Origin: Chiloscyllium plagiosum
Taxonomy: Eukaryota
Reading direction: 5' to 3'
Assembly: GCF_004010195.1 (NCBI RefSeq)
Contig: NC_057718.1
Span: 89,896,128 to 89,960,127 of the forward strand
Length of the DNA: 64,000 bases
Below, one piece after another: positions 25,828 through 37,961 of the stretch. Both the position numbers and the translations under genes were made by a program. The stretch's first letter is position 1; each line of letters begins with the position of its first letter. Under the pieces are notes generated by a model. That model was not told the origin of the DNA and did no database searches. It worked only from the letters and a program-made list of their open reading frames with translations.

Positions 25828-26559
25828 AGGCAGTTAGGGATGGGAAGTAAATGCTTTGTCAGCCCATGAAAGAATGGAGATTTTTAAACAAATCTCTTCC
25901 ATCCCAGGAGACAGTGCTGTGAATCTTTATCACACTCACGTATATGTATGTTTCCTTAAGGCATTGACACTAAAACTATACCATACTGTCAGTATAATCT
26001 CAACAAGACCCAGTAATCAATAATTTTTTGTTTGGTGTTCTATTCTTTTGGAATAAATACTCTTCTTTCCTTAGTAATGTGCTAAAATTTATATTTCGTT
26101 AACAACAAGACCAACATTTCCTAGTCCAAAATGTCACCATTTTAATATTAGTCAGTTTTTCTACTTAATTTTGGTAATTTCACATTTCTCCACATTATAG
26201 CTGCAACATTCTTCCCCATTCATTGAGCCTGTTTAAATCCATTTGCAGTCTTTGTGTTTTCCCATCTAGTTTTTGTTGTCTGTAAACTTGGATGCTTTGC
26301 ACTCTATTCCTGCATCTCATGTGTTGGTACAGCTCATGACTGAGGCCCAAGCCCTGATCCTTGTTGTAATCCACTACTTACACGCATGCCTACCAGAAAA
26401 TGCCTTGTTTATTCCTACTGTTTTCTATACATGCTCGATCCATTCCAACGTTCACAAAGAACAGCACGAGTAGTGCCCCTGGAGAATGGGTTTCTGTAGG
26501 CTTTCTCCAACTCTGTTAATCCTTGAATGTAAAAGACAGCTTGTAATGAACAGGGCACC

Positions 26560-27545
26560 ACCATCTTCACTATTTCATCAATGACCTCCTTCAAAGGGTT
26601 AGAGACAGGGATGTTCACAATTTATAATTCCTTGGACCTTGAATTAGTTCGTGTCCAAATACTGCAAGGCTTGGACAACATCCAGGCCTGGACTCATAAG
26701 TGGCAAGTGACATTTGCGCTACACAAGTACTGGACAATAATAATCTTCATCAAAACCAAATTCAGTAACCCAATGGTGTTCACTGGCATTACATTGCTGA
26801 GTCCCCCTGTGATTAAACTCCTGAGTGATACTGTTTACTGAAAACTGAACTCGTTCAGTCCTATAAATACTGTGGCTATATGAACAGACCTTAGGCTGGC
26901 AATTCTGTGACCAGTAACTCCCCATCTGACTCCCAGAGCCTGTTCACCATATATATGACAAATGAGTATGATGGAATACTTAAATAAAAGCAAAAACTGC
27001 AGATGTTGGAAATTAAAAAGTGCTGGCAAAACTCTGCAGGTCTGGCAGCATCAGTGGAGAGAAAAGCAGAGTTAACATGGAGTCTGATCCAATGGGACTT
27101 CAGTGCACTCCACTTGCCTGGATGAGTGCAGCACCAACAAAGCTCAAAGCTGCTTGATTGGACCTCCATTTAATATCTTCAACCTTTGCTTTCTCCACTG
27201 CCACTGTGCAGTAGCAGCTGATGCATTGCAACAACTCAGCAAGGCTCCTGAGCCAACATCCTCCAAATTAACAACCTCTACCACTGAGAAGGGTAAGACA
27301 TATTTGGGAGCACCATCACTTGCAAATTCCCTGTCAAGCCACATGGCACCCTGACTTGGAAATCATATCACTGCTCCTTCACAGTTACTGTGTCAAAATC
27401 CTGGAGCTCCCTCCTCACAGCACTTGGATGTATCTACACCTCATGGACTGTAGCAGTTCAAGAAGGCAGCTCGCCATCACCACCTCAACGACAATTAGGG
27501 AAATAAATGCTGGTCTAGCCAACAATATACATATCCTGTAAATGA
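26560..27545 (+). mobile_element. Old CR1-group LINE 3' part (same family as 54050-55390)
   Basis: LQGLDNIQAWTHKWQVTFA remnant; tail aataaatgctgg. Confidence 0.7.
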
Positions 27546-27689
27546 AAGCATAAAAATACCAAAAAATGTGCGTTGGCCTTTTTGAAATGAGGAAAAGGAA
27601 TGACTGTGGGTTATCCTTGGAAATTTCTATTCTAATGGACTGTAGGTGACCAGTAATTGGGTATATTACATTTAGAGTACTTTGAACAT

Positions 27690-28500
27690 GGAAAAGAGCC
27701 TCCAAGATATTGATAGATTAAGTAATTGGGCAAAGGTCTGGCAAATAGGGTACAATGTGGGAGAGTGTGAAATTGTCCATTTTGGTAGAAAGAAATGAAG
27801 CATTGGATCCAAATGGTGAGTCGTTGCAGAGCTGTGAGATGCAGAGAAATCTGGGTTTCCTTGCAAATTAATTACAGAAGGTTAGTATACAGGGATAGAG
27901 AAGAATTGATGGGAATTGTAAGTAAGAGTAGGAAGGTTATGCTTCTGTTTTACTTGGAATTGATGAGATCGCTTCTGGAGTGCTGTGTATATTACTGGTC
28001 ACCATACTTATGGAAGGATGAAAATGCATTGGAAGCAGTTCAAAGAAAGGTTACTGAATTAATACCTAAAATGGGCAGATTGCCTTTTGAGGAACGACTT
28101 TCCAGCTAGTGTCTGGTGTTTTGAAGAGTCAGAGGTGACTTAAATGAGACACAAGATCCTGATGGGACTTGACGGATGGATATTGAAACCATATTTGTAC
28201 TTGTGTGAGAATCTAGTATTAGGAATCATAGTTTAAAAGCAAGAGGGTGTCCATTTAAAACCAATAAAGAAACATTTTCTCAGAGTTGTGTCTCTTTGGA
28301 ATTCTCTTCCTCAAAAAGTAATGGATGCCGAATCTTTAAATACTTTTTAAGGCAGAGGTAGATTCTTGATGACCAAGGGGGTGGAAGATGATTGGGGGTA
28401 TGCAGGAATGTAGAGTTGAGGTCAAAATCAGATCAGCCATGGCCTTATTGGACCAAGCTTGAAATGCTGAGTGGCCAACTTGTGTTCCTTGTTCATCTAT
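27690..28500 (+). mobile_element. CR1-type LINE 3' part
   Basis: LLECCVYYWSPYLWKDENALEAVQRKVTELIP. Confidence 0.8.
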
Positions 28501-28529
28501 TCATAAGAATAGCAAGGGCTATTATGAGA

Positions 28530-28660
28530 ATTGGGTGATGAAGGGCTGATGCCAGAAACTCAATTCTCCTGCTCCTCGGATGATGCCTGACCTGCTGTGC
28601 TTTTCCAGCACCACACTCTCGACTCTGATCTCCAGCATCTGCAGTCCTCACTTTCTCCTA
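28530..28660 (+). mobile_element. Short Penelope-derived element with degenerate hammerhead
   Basis: gtgatgaagggctgatgccagaaac plus family body and tail ctccagcatctgcagtcctcactttctcc. Confidence 0.75.
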
Positions 28661-29031
28661 TTGAGAGAAAGTAAAGAATCCAAATTATCCAAAATAACCA
28701 GTTGTGATTGTCCAGCCCCCTCACTGCAACAATCTGGATGAATTAAGGTGCCACAAATGACTTCCCTCAACTGTAAATGCTGTGTGACTGTTGACCTATG
28801 ATACTGAGAAACAGAGTCGGTTTCTCTGTTTCAGTGCAGGTGTCATCAAGTAACAGCATCCCCTGGGTAGGTGGATAATGAAAGATGAATTGTGACATGT
28901 TGCTAATTTCCACCATGTGGGTGATTGCTCGCTGTGAAACTGGGTTTTATTTTAAATGCTTTGTAATTGTTTGTGTAAGTCAGAAGGCAGGTAACTGCTC
29001 AAATTTACCAATGGATTTAATTTTGTCACAG

Positions 29032-29144
29032 ACGCAGAGTTTTTATCTTGGGACCATCGCACCATGCGCCTCTTTCTCGTTGTGCTTTATCCACTGCAGA
29101 TATTTATAGAACACCTTTGTATGATCTACGCATCGATCAAAAGA
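29032..29144 (+). CDS. MEMO1: MEMO1 coding exon
   Basis: cacAG/GTAAGT; 113 nt; [37 protein letters not shown]. Confidence 0.98.
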
Positions 29145-29769
29145 GTAAGTATCAATACCAAGATTTTGCTATTGATTAAAAATGAAATGTTATGCATGTT
29201 GTTTTAAATTTGTATGAGAAAACTGATGTCAAGATTACCTGATGCCCAGCTAAATCAAGGATTGGGTTTCCTTTTAAGCTCATCATTTGCTGCCCTGCCT
29301 ACCATGAGGTAATGGGTATGGCAGATGTGGATATACTGGTCGTAATGATAACTTCTTACATTAGAAAAGTTAAAAGGCTGTGAGAATAAGAACAGAATTC
29401 CAGCATGGATTAAAAATAGATTAGGGAGCAAAGAATAGGAGTCAGACAAGTTTCTGGGAAAAGTCAGAGTTCATAGCAGTGTTATGCGTTTATCTAGAAC
29501 CTCTTCAGTTCACTGTGTAAATCAAGAATTTGGATGTAGGTCTGGAGTAAGGGTTTGAGGTTTGCAGATATTATCAAAATCTGATGTATTGTTAATTCCT
29601 TAGAAATTGCAATAGGTTATTGATGGCGAAATGAGCTGAAAAGAAACCGATTCAATCCAGCATCACTGAGATGGCACAATTTGTAAATAAAAGCAGCAGC
29701 AGTTACTATCATCTTGGAATAAGTTTGATTCTGTGATTTGGTCAGGTACAGCAGGTAGCTCATACAACA

Positions 29770-32760
29770 TAATGTACAAATGTATGAATTAGAAGCAAGT
29801 GTAGGCTTCTTGAGCCTGCTGCACAATTTTAATGACTGATGACTGATCTGATTATTCTACATTGCTGCCTAACTTTTCACCCTTTCCCTTATCAAGAATC
29901 AGTGTACCTCTGGATTAAACAGATTGAAGAACCTCCTTCCACCTCCTTTTGAGGAACAGTTCTAAAAATGTATGACATTCAAAGCATTTTGCCTCATCTT
30001 TGTCTTAAATGTGCAACCCCGAGTTCTAGCATCTCCCACAAGCGGAGACATCCTTTCTATATACACCCTGTCAAGAGCTTTCAGGATCCCATATGTTTCA
30101 ATGAAGTTGCCTCTTATTATTCTAAACTCAATTAGTTGCAAACCTAGCCTGTCCAACGTTTCCTCATAAAATGACCATCCATTTTAATATTAGTCTTAAA
30201 AGTTCTCTGAGCATCCTGAATACATTTATATCCTTAAATAAGGAGATGAATACTGTATGCAGTATTCCACTTGCCAATACCCTGTATATGAGAGCCATAA
30301 ACCACCTACTTTGTATTCCCTTCACAATAAACAATATCAATCTATTGGTTTTCCTCATTACTTGCTGCATCTGCTTAATAACCTTTTGTGGTTCAAGAAT
30401 CAGGACTCCTGGATACCCCTGCACCTCAGAACTCTGCTAACTTGCATACTCAGAATTCTTTCTATTCTTGTCCCAATTAACAATTTTATATCATACTCTA
30501 TTTTCTAAATCTGTGCTTACTCTCATATCCTATCTATGTCCCTTTGTAATCACCTCCACAAATTACTTTCCTAGTTATCATGGTGTCATCAGCAAATATA
30601 GCAATTACCTTCAGTCCCTTCATCTCCGTTATTTATATGAAATGTAAAAGGTTGAGACCCCGGCACTGATGCTTTTGGCATACCACTTGTTGCATCTTGC
30701 CAACCAGAAAAAGGTCCTTTGTGTCATCTAACAGCAAATAATCTTTGTCCATGCTAATATGTTACCATCTACACAAACTTCTGTTTTCCGCAAGGACCTT
30801 TGTGGCACCTTAGCAAATGCCTCTTGGAAATCCAAGCACAAACACCTTTTATCCACAACACCTGTTACTTTTTAAAAAAAAAATTCCATGAAATTGGTTA
30901 AATACGACTTCTCTTTTACAAAAGAGTGCTTACTTGACTACCACAAACCTTTCTGATGTTCTGCCAAGATCTCTTTATTAATAGCTTCTAACGTTTTCCA
31001 TGACAGGTTAAGGTGACTAGCCTGCAGTTTCCTGTTTTCTGTATCCCTCTTTGAACAGAGGAGTTAGTTGTTATTTTTCATTCTAATGAAGCCTTCCCTG
31101 AATCTTAAGTTTGGATTATGAAAATCAAGCCATAAATAATCTCGGCAGCCAGTTATTTTAAGATCCCTGGAGCAAGTCCATCAAGACTCCAGGACTTGTT
31201 AGCCTGCAGCTCTAATATTTTGTTGAATCCATCTTCCTCCCTCCCTCCCTCCCTCCGATTTCCTGATTGACAGCTATTCCTGGATTGTTACCTGCGTCCT
31301 TTATAGTGAAGACCAGTGCCAGCTCCTTATTTTCTATTCCCATTATTACTTCAGTTTTTGTAGGACCAAGGTTCACTTTGTTAGCCTGTTCCTTCATAGC
31401 TATAGAACGTTTAAAAAAATATATTTTTAGTTAGTTTTTGCTTGTGTTCTTAATTTTTCTCTCCTTTTTGGCCTTTTTTAAAATAATATTTTGCCCAGTC
31501 CTCTGACTTATCTCACATCTTTGCATAATTAATTGTTTAGTTAATCATGGAAGATGGGTCCTCCCTTTGAAATTTTTAGTTTGCCTTTGACGGTATCCAC
31601 TCAATATTCTGAAATGTTCCCTTAAATGCCTGCCATACTATTTGTATTGACCTGTGACTTAACCTAATTTGACAGTTTATTTTTGCTTGCTATACTTTTA
31701 TGCCCTCTTAATCACTGTATTTAGATTTAAAATGCTAACCTCTCTCTCTCTCTCTGAATGTGGAATTTGTTCTCATTATGGTACTGCTTTTACTGAAGTC
31801 ACTGATTTATCCTATCGTATTGAAGAATACTGGGGCTGGTATAGATTTACCAATGGATTTAATTTTGTCACAGACGCAGAGTTTTTAATCTTGGGACCAT
31901 CGCAACCGTCGTTTGGTTGCAGAACATGCTTCTCAGTGAAGCTAGCCAGAAGCATGCTATGAACTCATCATTTTGGCTACTTTTGCACAACCAAGTTTTC
32001 CAGTCTGTGTAGATTATTACCATTCTTTTTAGACAAGCTTGTGACATGTCTTCCTTTTTCCTCCATACAGCCATGTGGTTAATGTTACGGGGCTTGTACA
32101 CCACTTACATAAATGATATTTTGCCTTTATCGTTTCTCATCTCTACCCAAACGACTTCTACATTCTGGTTATACAAAATTAAGTCATCCCTCTATTGTGC
32201 AAATGTTATGATTAACTAACAGAAACCCACTTCTTCTCCTCCTTCCTCGCTCCCTGTCCATCCTTAGTGACATTTATGGTTTCATATTTGGGTTCAGTCT
32301 GTCATCTTGCAGCCATGACTATCCATTGGTTATCAGATTATACTTCTTTTTGCAGTCTCTGTTCAGTTTGTTTTATTTCAAATTGTATGTGCATTCCAAT
32401 ATAGAACCTTTAGTTTGGTTTGTTTAACTTTGTCTTATTTGTTAATTTATCATTAGTTATACACTGTCCCTTCCAATCACTGTCTGATCATTTCTCATTT
32501 TAATATTTTTCCCTCTTCCTTTGTCCTTACTCTTTGATTCAATATCTCTTGCCAAATTCTATCCCTTGCCCCACTGTCTAGTTTAAAGCCCTTTTAACTT
32601 TCTTTGTCATGCTTGTAATTGAAACCTCTGTGGGTCAAAATGATGAGATCTTTCCTTGCCACTGCAATTTCCTCTACAGCCCTGAGCTGATGTCCTGAAC
32701 CCTGGCACTGTGCAGGCAACACAGCTTTCTGGACTCTTGCTGTTTCACAGTGTCGATCTC
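29770..32760 (-). mobile_element. Long, heavily decayed CR1-type LINE
   Basis: Minus-strand remnants of the C-terminus (RGNFIETYGILKAL), FADDT at about 30580 and KAFAKVP at about 30810; 5' boundary uncertain. Confidence 0.7.
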
Positions 32761-33765
32761 CCTCACTATTAGTACATAACTCTGAGTTTGTTGCCTCTCA
32801 TCATTTTGTCCCTGCACACACACACACACACCCCGTGTTCATCCGAGCAATCTTTAAAGTATTGTCCTGCATGAATCTAGGGGCTTGGCGAAGCTTATCT
32901 TAGCTTTGCGACCTCTCTGGTAGATAAATCCTACATCGGATTACGAGGATTTGTTTGTATCAGCACTGAGATGAGATTTATGAAGACGAGGGGCGCAGGA
33001 ATTTATCTGATTCTCCACAGGCTCTGTTATTAGTGGTCGATGAAAGCTAAAAGCTTGGCTACTATCAGACAAAATATTGACTTTTCAGTTGCTTAAAGAT
33101 AATCCATTGGATTGTCGCCAAGTAACTTGGAACGATGGACAGGTTGCATCCCCTGCCAAGTTGAACCATAAAGCTTTAATAGTGGAACACTTGAGGAATA
33201 AGCTAGTCAAGATTCACAGTCAGCACTGGGTAATCAGCCTGCTAGGTCTTGTTGTCTTTCCCTGCAGCAGCCCTGATATTAGTGAAACACTATTGACGGG
33301 CACTGTCACATGGCCACACTATCATGAGGCATCAATAAATTATAGAGAGCATGGTCTTCTGTGTGTGTGAAAATAAACGTAGTCATCTATGACCAAGGCT
33401 TTCTGCAATTTAAGCTCTATTGTACAAATGGTGCCCTTAAGAGTTTTCAGCACCTCAAAACTGTTTACATCTGTCCAGATTTAAGCACGGTGCCAGATAG
33501 GGTGACGCTAGATTGTGATCTTCTGACTGATAGCTTTTACTCTCCTGTTTGTGTATGTAAGGGAGAGAGAGATGTGGAGAAATTCTGTGGTGTCCAAACG
33601 CACTATCGAGCTGTTTGTTTTAGATTTCCAAGCTCTTGCGCATTCTGCAGGATTTAAATTGGTAAATTTTGTTGTGATACTGTGGGTTGTGATCATCTCA
33701 GATGAGTGACAAAGCACATGTATATTAAATCACAATTGACAAGGTTTCTTTTTTGTAATCTTTAG

Positions 33766-33877
33766 TTTACGGAGAGCTGTGGAAGACAGGAATGTTTGAA
33801 CGCATGACCATTCAGATAGATGAAGATGAACATAGTATTGAAATGCATCTGCCTTACACAGCTAAAACCATGGAGAG
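33766..33877 (+). CDS. MEMO1: MEMO1 coding exon
   Basis: tttAG/GTAAG; 112 nt; (I)[36 protein letters not shown](S), includes the EHSIE motif. Confidence 0.98.
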
Positions 33878-35039
33878 GTAAGTCACTGAGCTGCTGTGTA
33901 TCATAATTGAGCATGCAGTTAATTAGAATAAAGCAAATTCAAGCCCTCCCTTTTGTGTCTTTGTCAGCTAAAATGTTGAAAAGGCCTATCTGCTGGAAGG
34001 CAATAGGCTGTACAAAGAATATATGACTCCACTGCAATCTGACTGGACAATTTACCATTATCTCTTGTAAAGAACAGCACAGTGGCTCAGTGGTAATCTC
34101 CCTACCTCTGGGCTAGCAATTCTCGGTCAAGTCCCACCTGAGAATTAAATGGCCACAAAGTATGTCATATCATTGACCAAATAAGTTGATTATCAGTCTA
34201 AAATTGCTTCAGATAGGCCCGTGGCAGGTGCTAATTGTGGGAGTTTCCTGTTCAGCCAGCACCATGTGGTAGTTACTACTTAAGACCCCCTCTGCAGCAC
34301 AAGCACGGGTTGTCCTCATTCCTAGGGATTACTCCACATACGTTGTGCTACACTTTGATCCTGGATCTTTAAGAATCATGCAGTGCTTGAAAGGCTGTAT
34401 TGCATTGGCTCTCTGCTCCTGGTCTGGCCCCACTTTGCTTACTCTCTCCTGACTGCTGCTATTTGAAACCCAGCTGCCTCTTCCAAAATCAATGAAAATT
34501 GGCGTTTTTGGATAGGTGATAAACTAGGATTAAATTTCTGTCTTTGCTCTCTAGATCCTGTGATATTTTTCAGTCAACAAATTCTTTGAACTGCGACTAC
34601 TACTTCATTTTAAAGAACAGCAGTTAATGCACCTTGAATCTTGTTTAAATAAAGTTTAGTATGTTCTCTTGGGCTGACATTTTTGGAGGTTGCAAACATG
34701 AAGAAAACATTGTTTTAGTATTCATGCAAAAGCATGAGATATGTTAAAACAGCAGGGTGATGGTACAGGATATTATGATTTCCAGCTGTGAAGTTCCCTT
34801 TGAAACATTGACTTCAATCAAGTTAGAAGAGGCTTTGGTTTTCTTTAAGTGGTGAACACCACTATGATCTGAATGTTCTTGACATTTAGTTTTAACATGA
34901 TTAGGCCTTCCTCACTATTTAAAATACAGCGGATTTTATGTCCTTGTTCCTTCCAATAAGTTATCGACTTCTGAATCTAGCAACTGCACAGTATAAAAAG
35001 TTCAGAGGCTTCAGATGTTCTGTGGAAGCTAATGGTTTA

Positions 35040-36165
35040 GTCATAGAACATTACAGCACAGTACAGACTCTTCGGCCCTCGATGTTGCGCTGACCTGTGA
35101 AACCAATCTAAAGCCCATCTAACCTATATTATTCCATTATCATCCTTATGTTTATCCAGTGACCATTTAAATGTCCTTAAAGTTGGCGAGTCTACTACTC
35201 CTTGCAGGCAGTGCGTTCCATGTCCTTACTACTGAGTAAAGAACCTACCTCTGACATCTGTCCTATGTCTGTCATCCCTCAATTTAAAGCTATGTCCCTT
35301 CATGCTAGCCATGAAGGAAAAGGGCTCTCACTGTCCTCCCTATCTAATCTCTGATCATCTTGTATGCCTGTATTAAGTCACCTCTTAACCTCCTCCTCTC
35401 TAATGAAACAGCCTCCAGTACCTCAGCCTTTCCTCATAAGACCTTCCCTCCATACCAGGCAACACCCTAGTAAATCTCCTCTGAACCCTTTCCATAGCTT
35501 CCACATCCTTCCTATAATGCAGTGACCAGAACTATACGCAATACTCCAGGTGTGGCCGCACCAGAGTTTTATACAGCTGCAATATAACGTCATGACTCCG
35601 AAACTCAATCCCTCTACCAATAAAGGCCAACATACCGTACACCACCTTAACAGCCCTTTCAACTTCGGTGGCAAATTTCAGGGATTTATTGACATGGACA
35701 CTGAGATCTCTCTGTTCGTCCATGCTACCAAGAATATTACCAATAGCCAGTACTCTGTATTCCTGTTCCTCGTTCCAAAGTGATTCACCTCACACGTTTC
35801 CACATTAAACACCTTTTGCCACCTCTCAGCCTAGCTCTGCAGCTTATCTATGTCCCTCTGTACCCTGCAACATCCTTCTGCATTGTCCACAACGCCACTG
35901 ACTTTAATGTCATCTGCAAATTTACTAACCCATCCTTCTACGCCCTCATCCAGGTCATTTATAAAGATGACAAATAGATCCTTGCGGTACACCACTACTA
36001 ACTGAACTCCAGGACAAATGTTTCCCATCAACCACCATCCTCTGTTGTCTTACAGCGAGCCAATTTCTGATACAAACTGCTAAATCACCCTCCATCCCAT
36101 GCTTCCATATTTCCTGCAATAGCCTACCGTGGGGAACCTTATCAAACGCTTTACTGAAATCTATA
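35040..36165 (-). mobile_element. CR1-type LINE, RT and 3' part
   Basis: FVIFINDLDEGVEGWVSKFADD; LQLYKTLVRPHLEYCV; YIDFSKAFDKVPH at the MITE junction. Confidence 0.92.
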
Positions 36166-36167
36166 TA

Positions 36168-36867
36168 CAGAGGAATCTCGATTATCCAAATATCAATTAT
36201 CCGAATTTCGGGTTATTCAAAGAAGATCTCAAGGTCCCGATAGAAACATTACATCAAAGAGGTGTTTCCAACAGTAATTGCGTCTCTTGTTTACAATGAT
36301 TACAAATGAATTTGGCTTGCTGAGAACAGTCCTGGACATCGATGGGAGACCAGGCACCGTCTCCAAATGACTGACTGCCTGCCCTCTCTTTCTCTCCCCA
36401 CACTTTCCCTGAAATTCTACACAGGGGAACCCCCTTCACCAGGTAATCTCTCCAACATTGTCCTGTACAGGGCAAAGGTGGAACTTGTCAAAAAGTTGTG
36501 TGTGTGGCTGCGCGGACAGGAGGCAGGGTTGGGGACGGATGGGGAGGGGGTGTGCTGCTGCCTAGTGTCCTGAACAGGGAGTGGACTTAGCAACTGCTCG
36601 TTGTGTCGATCCCATTGAACTGATGGGTTGGGGGGTATGGGAAGCAGGAGGCTTCAGTAATACTGCAGGTCCCTTACACATGTGTGTCTCTGCTCAGAAA
36701 CAAACCCTGAGACAGAGAGAGGGAGCAGGGCAGGCAGAGCGAGGAATAAGGAAACTTCAGAAAACTCTGAGCCCCAGAGGAGAAGCATTGAAACACTTAA
36801 CCGAATAATCAATTATCCCAATGAAATTCTGCCAGCCCATCTTATTTGGATAATCGAGGTTCCTCCA
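36168..36867. mobile_element. Tigger/pogo-like (Tc1-mariner superfamily) MITE with TA duplication
   Basis: TA-cagaggaatctcgattatccaaata ... tatttggataatcgaggttcctcca-TA; no transposase ORF; interrupts the CR1 sequence tatatacac. Confidence 0.85.
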
Positions 36868-37319
36868 TACACCCTATCAACAATCCTCAACTATTCTTTG
36901 CAAATGCAGTGAACCAATACTGGCATGGAATTTGGGATTGTAGTGTCCAAACAGGCTTGATTTGTCCATCCACCCAAGGATACAACTGTGGGCAATAAGC
37001 AGTCTGTCAAAATATATAGTGAAGGATGGTAACACAGTGAGAAAAAGCCCTTTACTCATCAAGTTCATTCCTTCCACCTGAAGGATGCTTCATTTTAAAC
37101 TCGAGGGGAAGCTGTCTCTTACACATCCCCTTCGGGTCAGTTGGTCGAGTGTGACAATTTTTTTTAGCTCAAGCCTCTTCGATGTTGGCATGTGGCTGTT
37201 CATGGATCACAATTGCACTTGCCATGGAGTATTCAGTCAAGGTTAGTAGTCTTCAGTTAAAGTACGTCGAGACAATGAAAGACGTCATCCTCTGCATCCA
37301 AAATATGCCCAGCAGCCAA

Positions 37320-37690
37320 CGAAGCAATTTTGGAGTATAGCCACTATTGCAATCTGAGGAAATCTGCCAGCTGATTAATGTACAGCAAGATCCCAGAGGC
37401 AGCAGTGTGACAAATGACCAGATCATCTGTTTTGATTGATTGTCTGTTGAATAGAAATTTTAGCCAAAGTAGTCGGCTGAGCTCCTCCTCCTCTTCAAAT
37501 TTCTGTGGAATCATTGACTCATACTTAAGAGGGAGTCCCAGTTGAAGCTTTTGTACAATAGACCACACCCCTGACAGTGCCATGTCCCCTCAGTAATGAC
37601 CTGCAGTGACAAACCTGTGCTCCGGTCTCTGGAGTGGAACTTGAGCAGGTGATCTTGTGGTAGCTCGGGGTACAACCAAATGAGCCACGG
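37320..37690 (-). mobile_element. Deu-domain SINE, diverged
   Basis: Reverse complement of the Deu motifs (cagcaagatccca..gcag..aatgaccagat) and a tRNA-like head near 37620-37690. Confidence 0.55.
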
Positions 37691-37818
37691 CTGGTGAAGC
37701 AGAAGTGGGTGAGTAATCCAAGACAGTTTAGACCAAAGCTGAGGCGATATTTTTCACTTCTGATTGTTTGTTTCATTTTTTATGGCTTTCTGAACTGACT
37801 GTCTCTGTTTTTAACCAG

Positions 37819-37961
37819 CCAAAAAGATGAGTTAACCATTGTTCCCGTTTTGGTTGGAGCCCTGAGTGATTCCAAAGAACAGATGTACGGGGAGCTCTTC
37901 AGTAAATACCTAGCTGATCCTCTAAACCTCTTTGTGATTTCATCAGATTTCTGTCACTGGG
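37819..37961 (+). CDS. MEMO1: MEMO1 coding exon
   Basis: ccAG/GTATG; 143 nt; [47 protein letters not shown](G); partly seen as ORF 37850..38032. Confidence 0.98.

Noticed and set aside
34075..34140. tRNA-like stretch (also near 7660 and 59350-59420)
   Set aside because: These are degenerate SINE heads without a complete cloverleaf, not tRNA genes.
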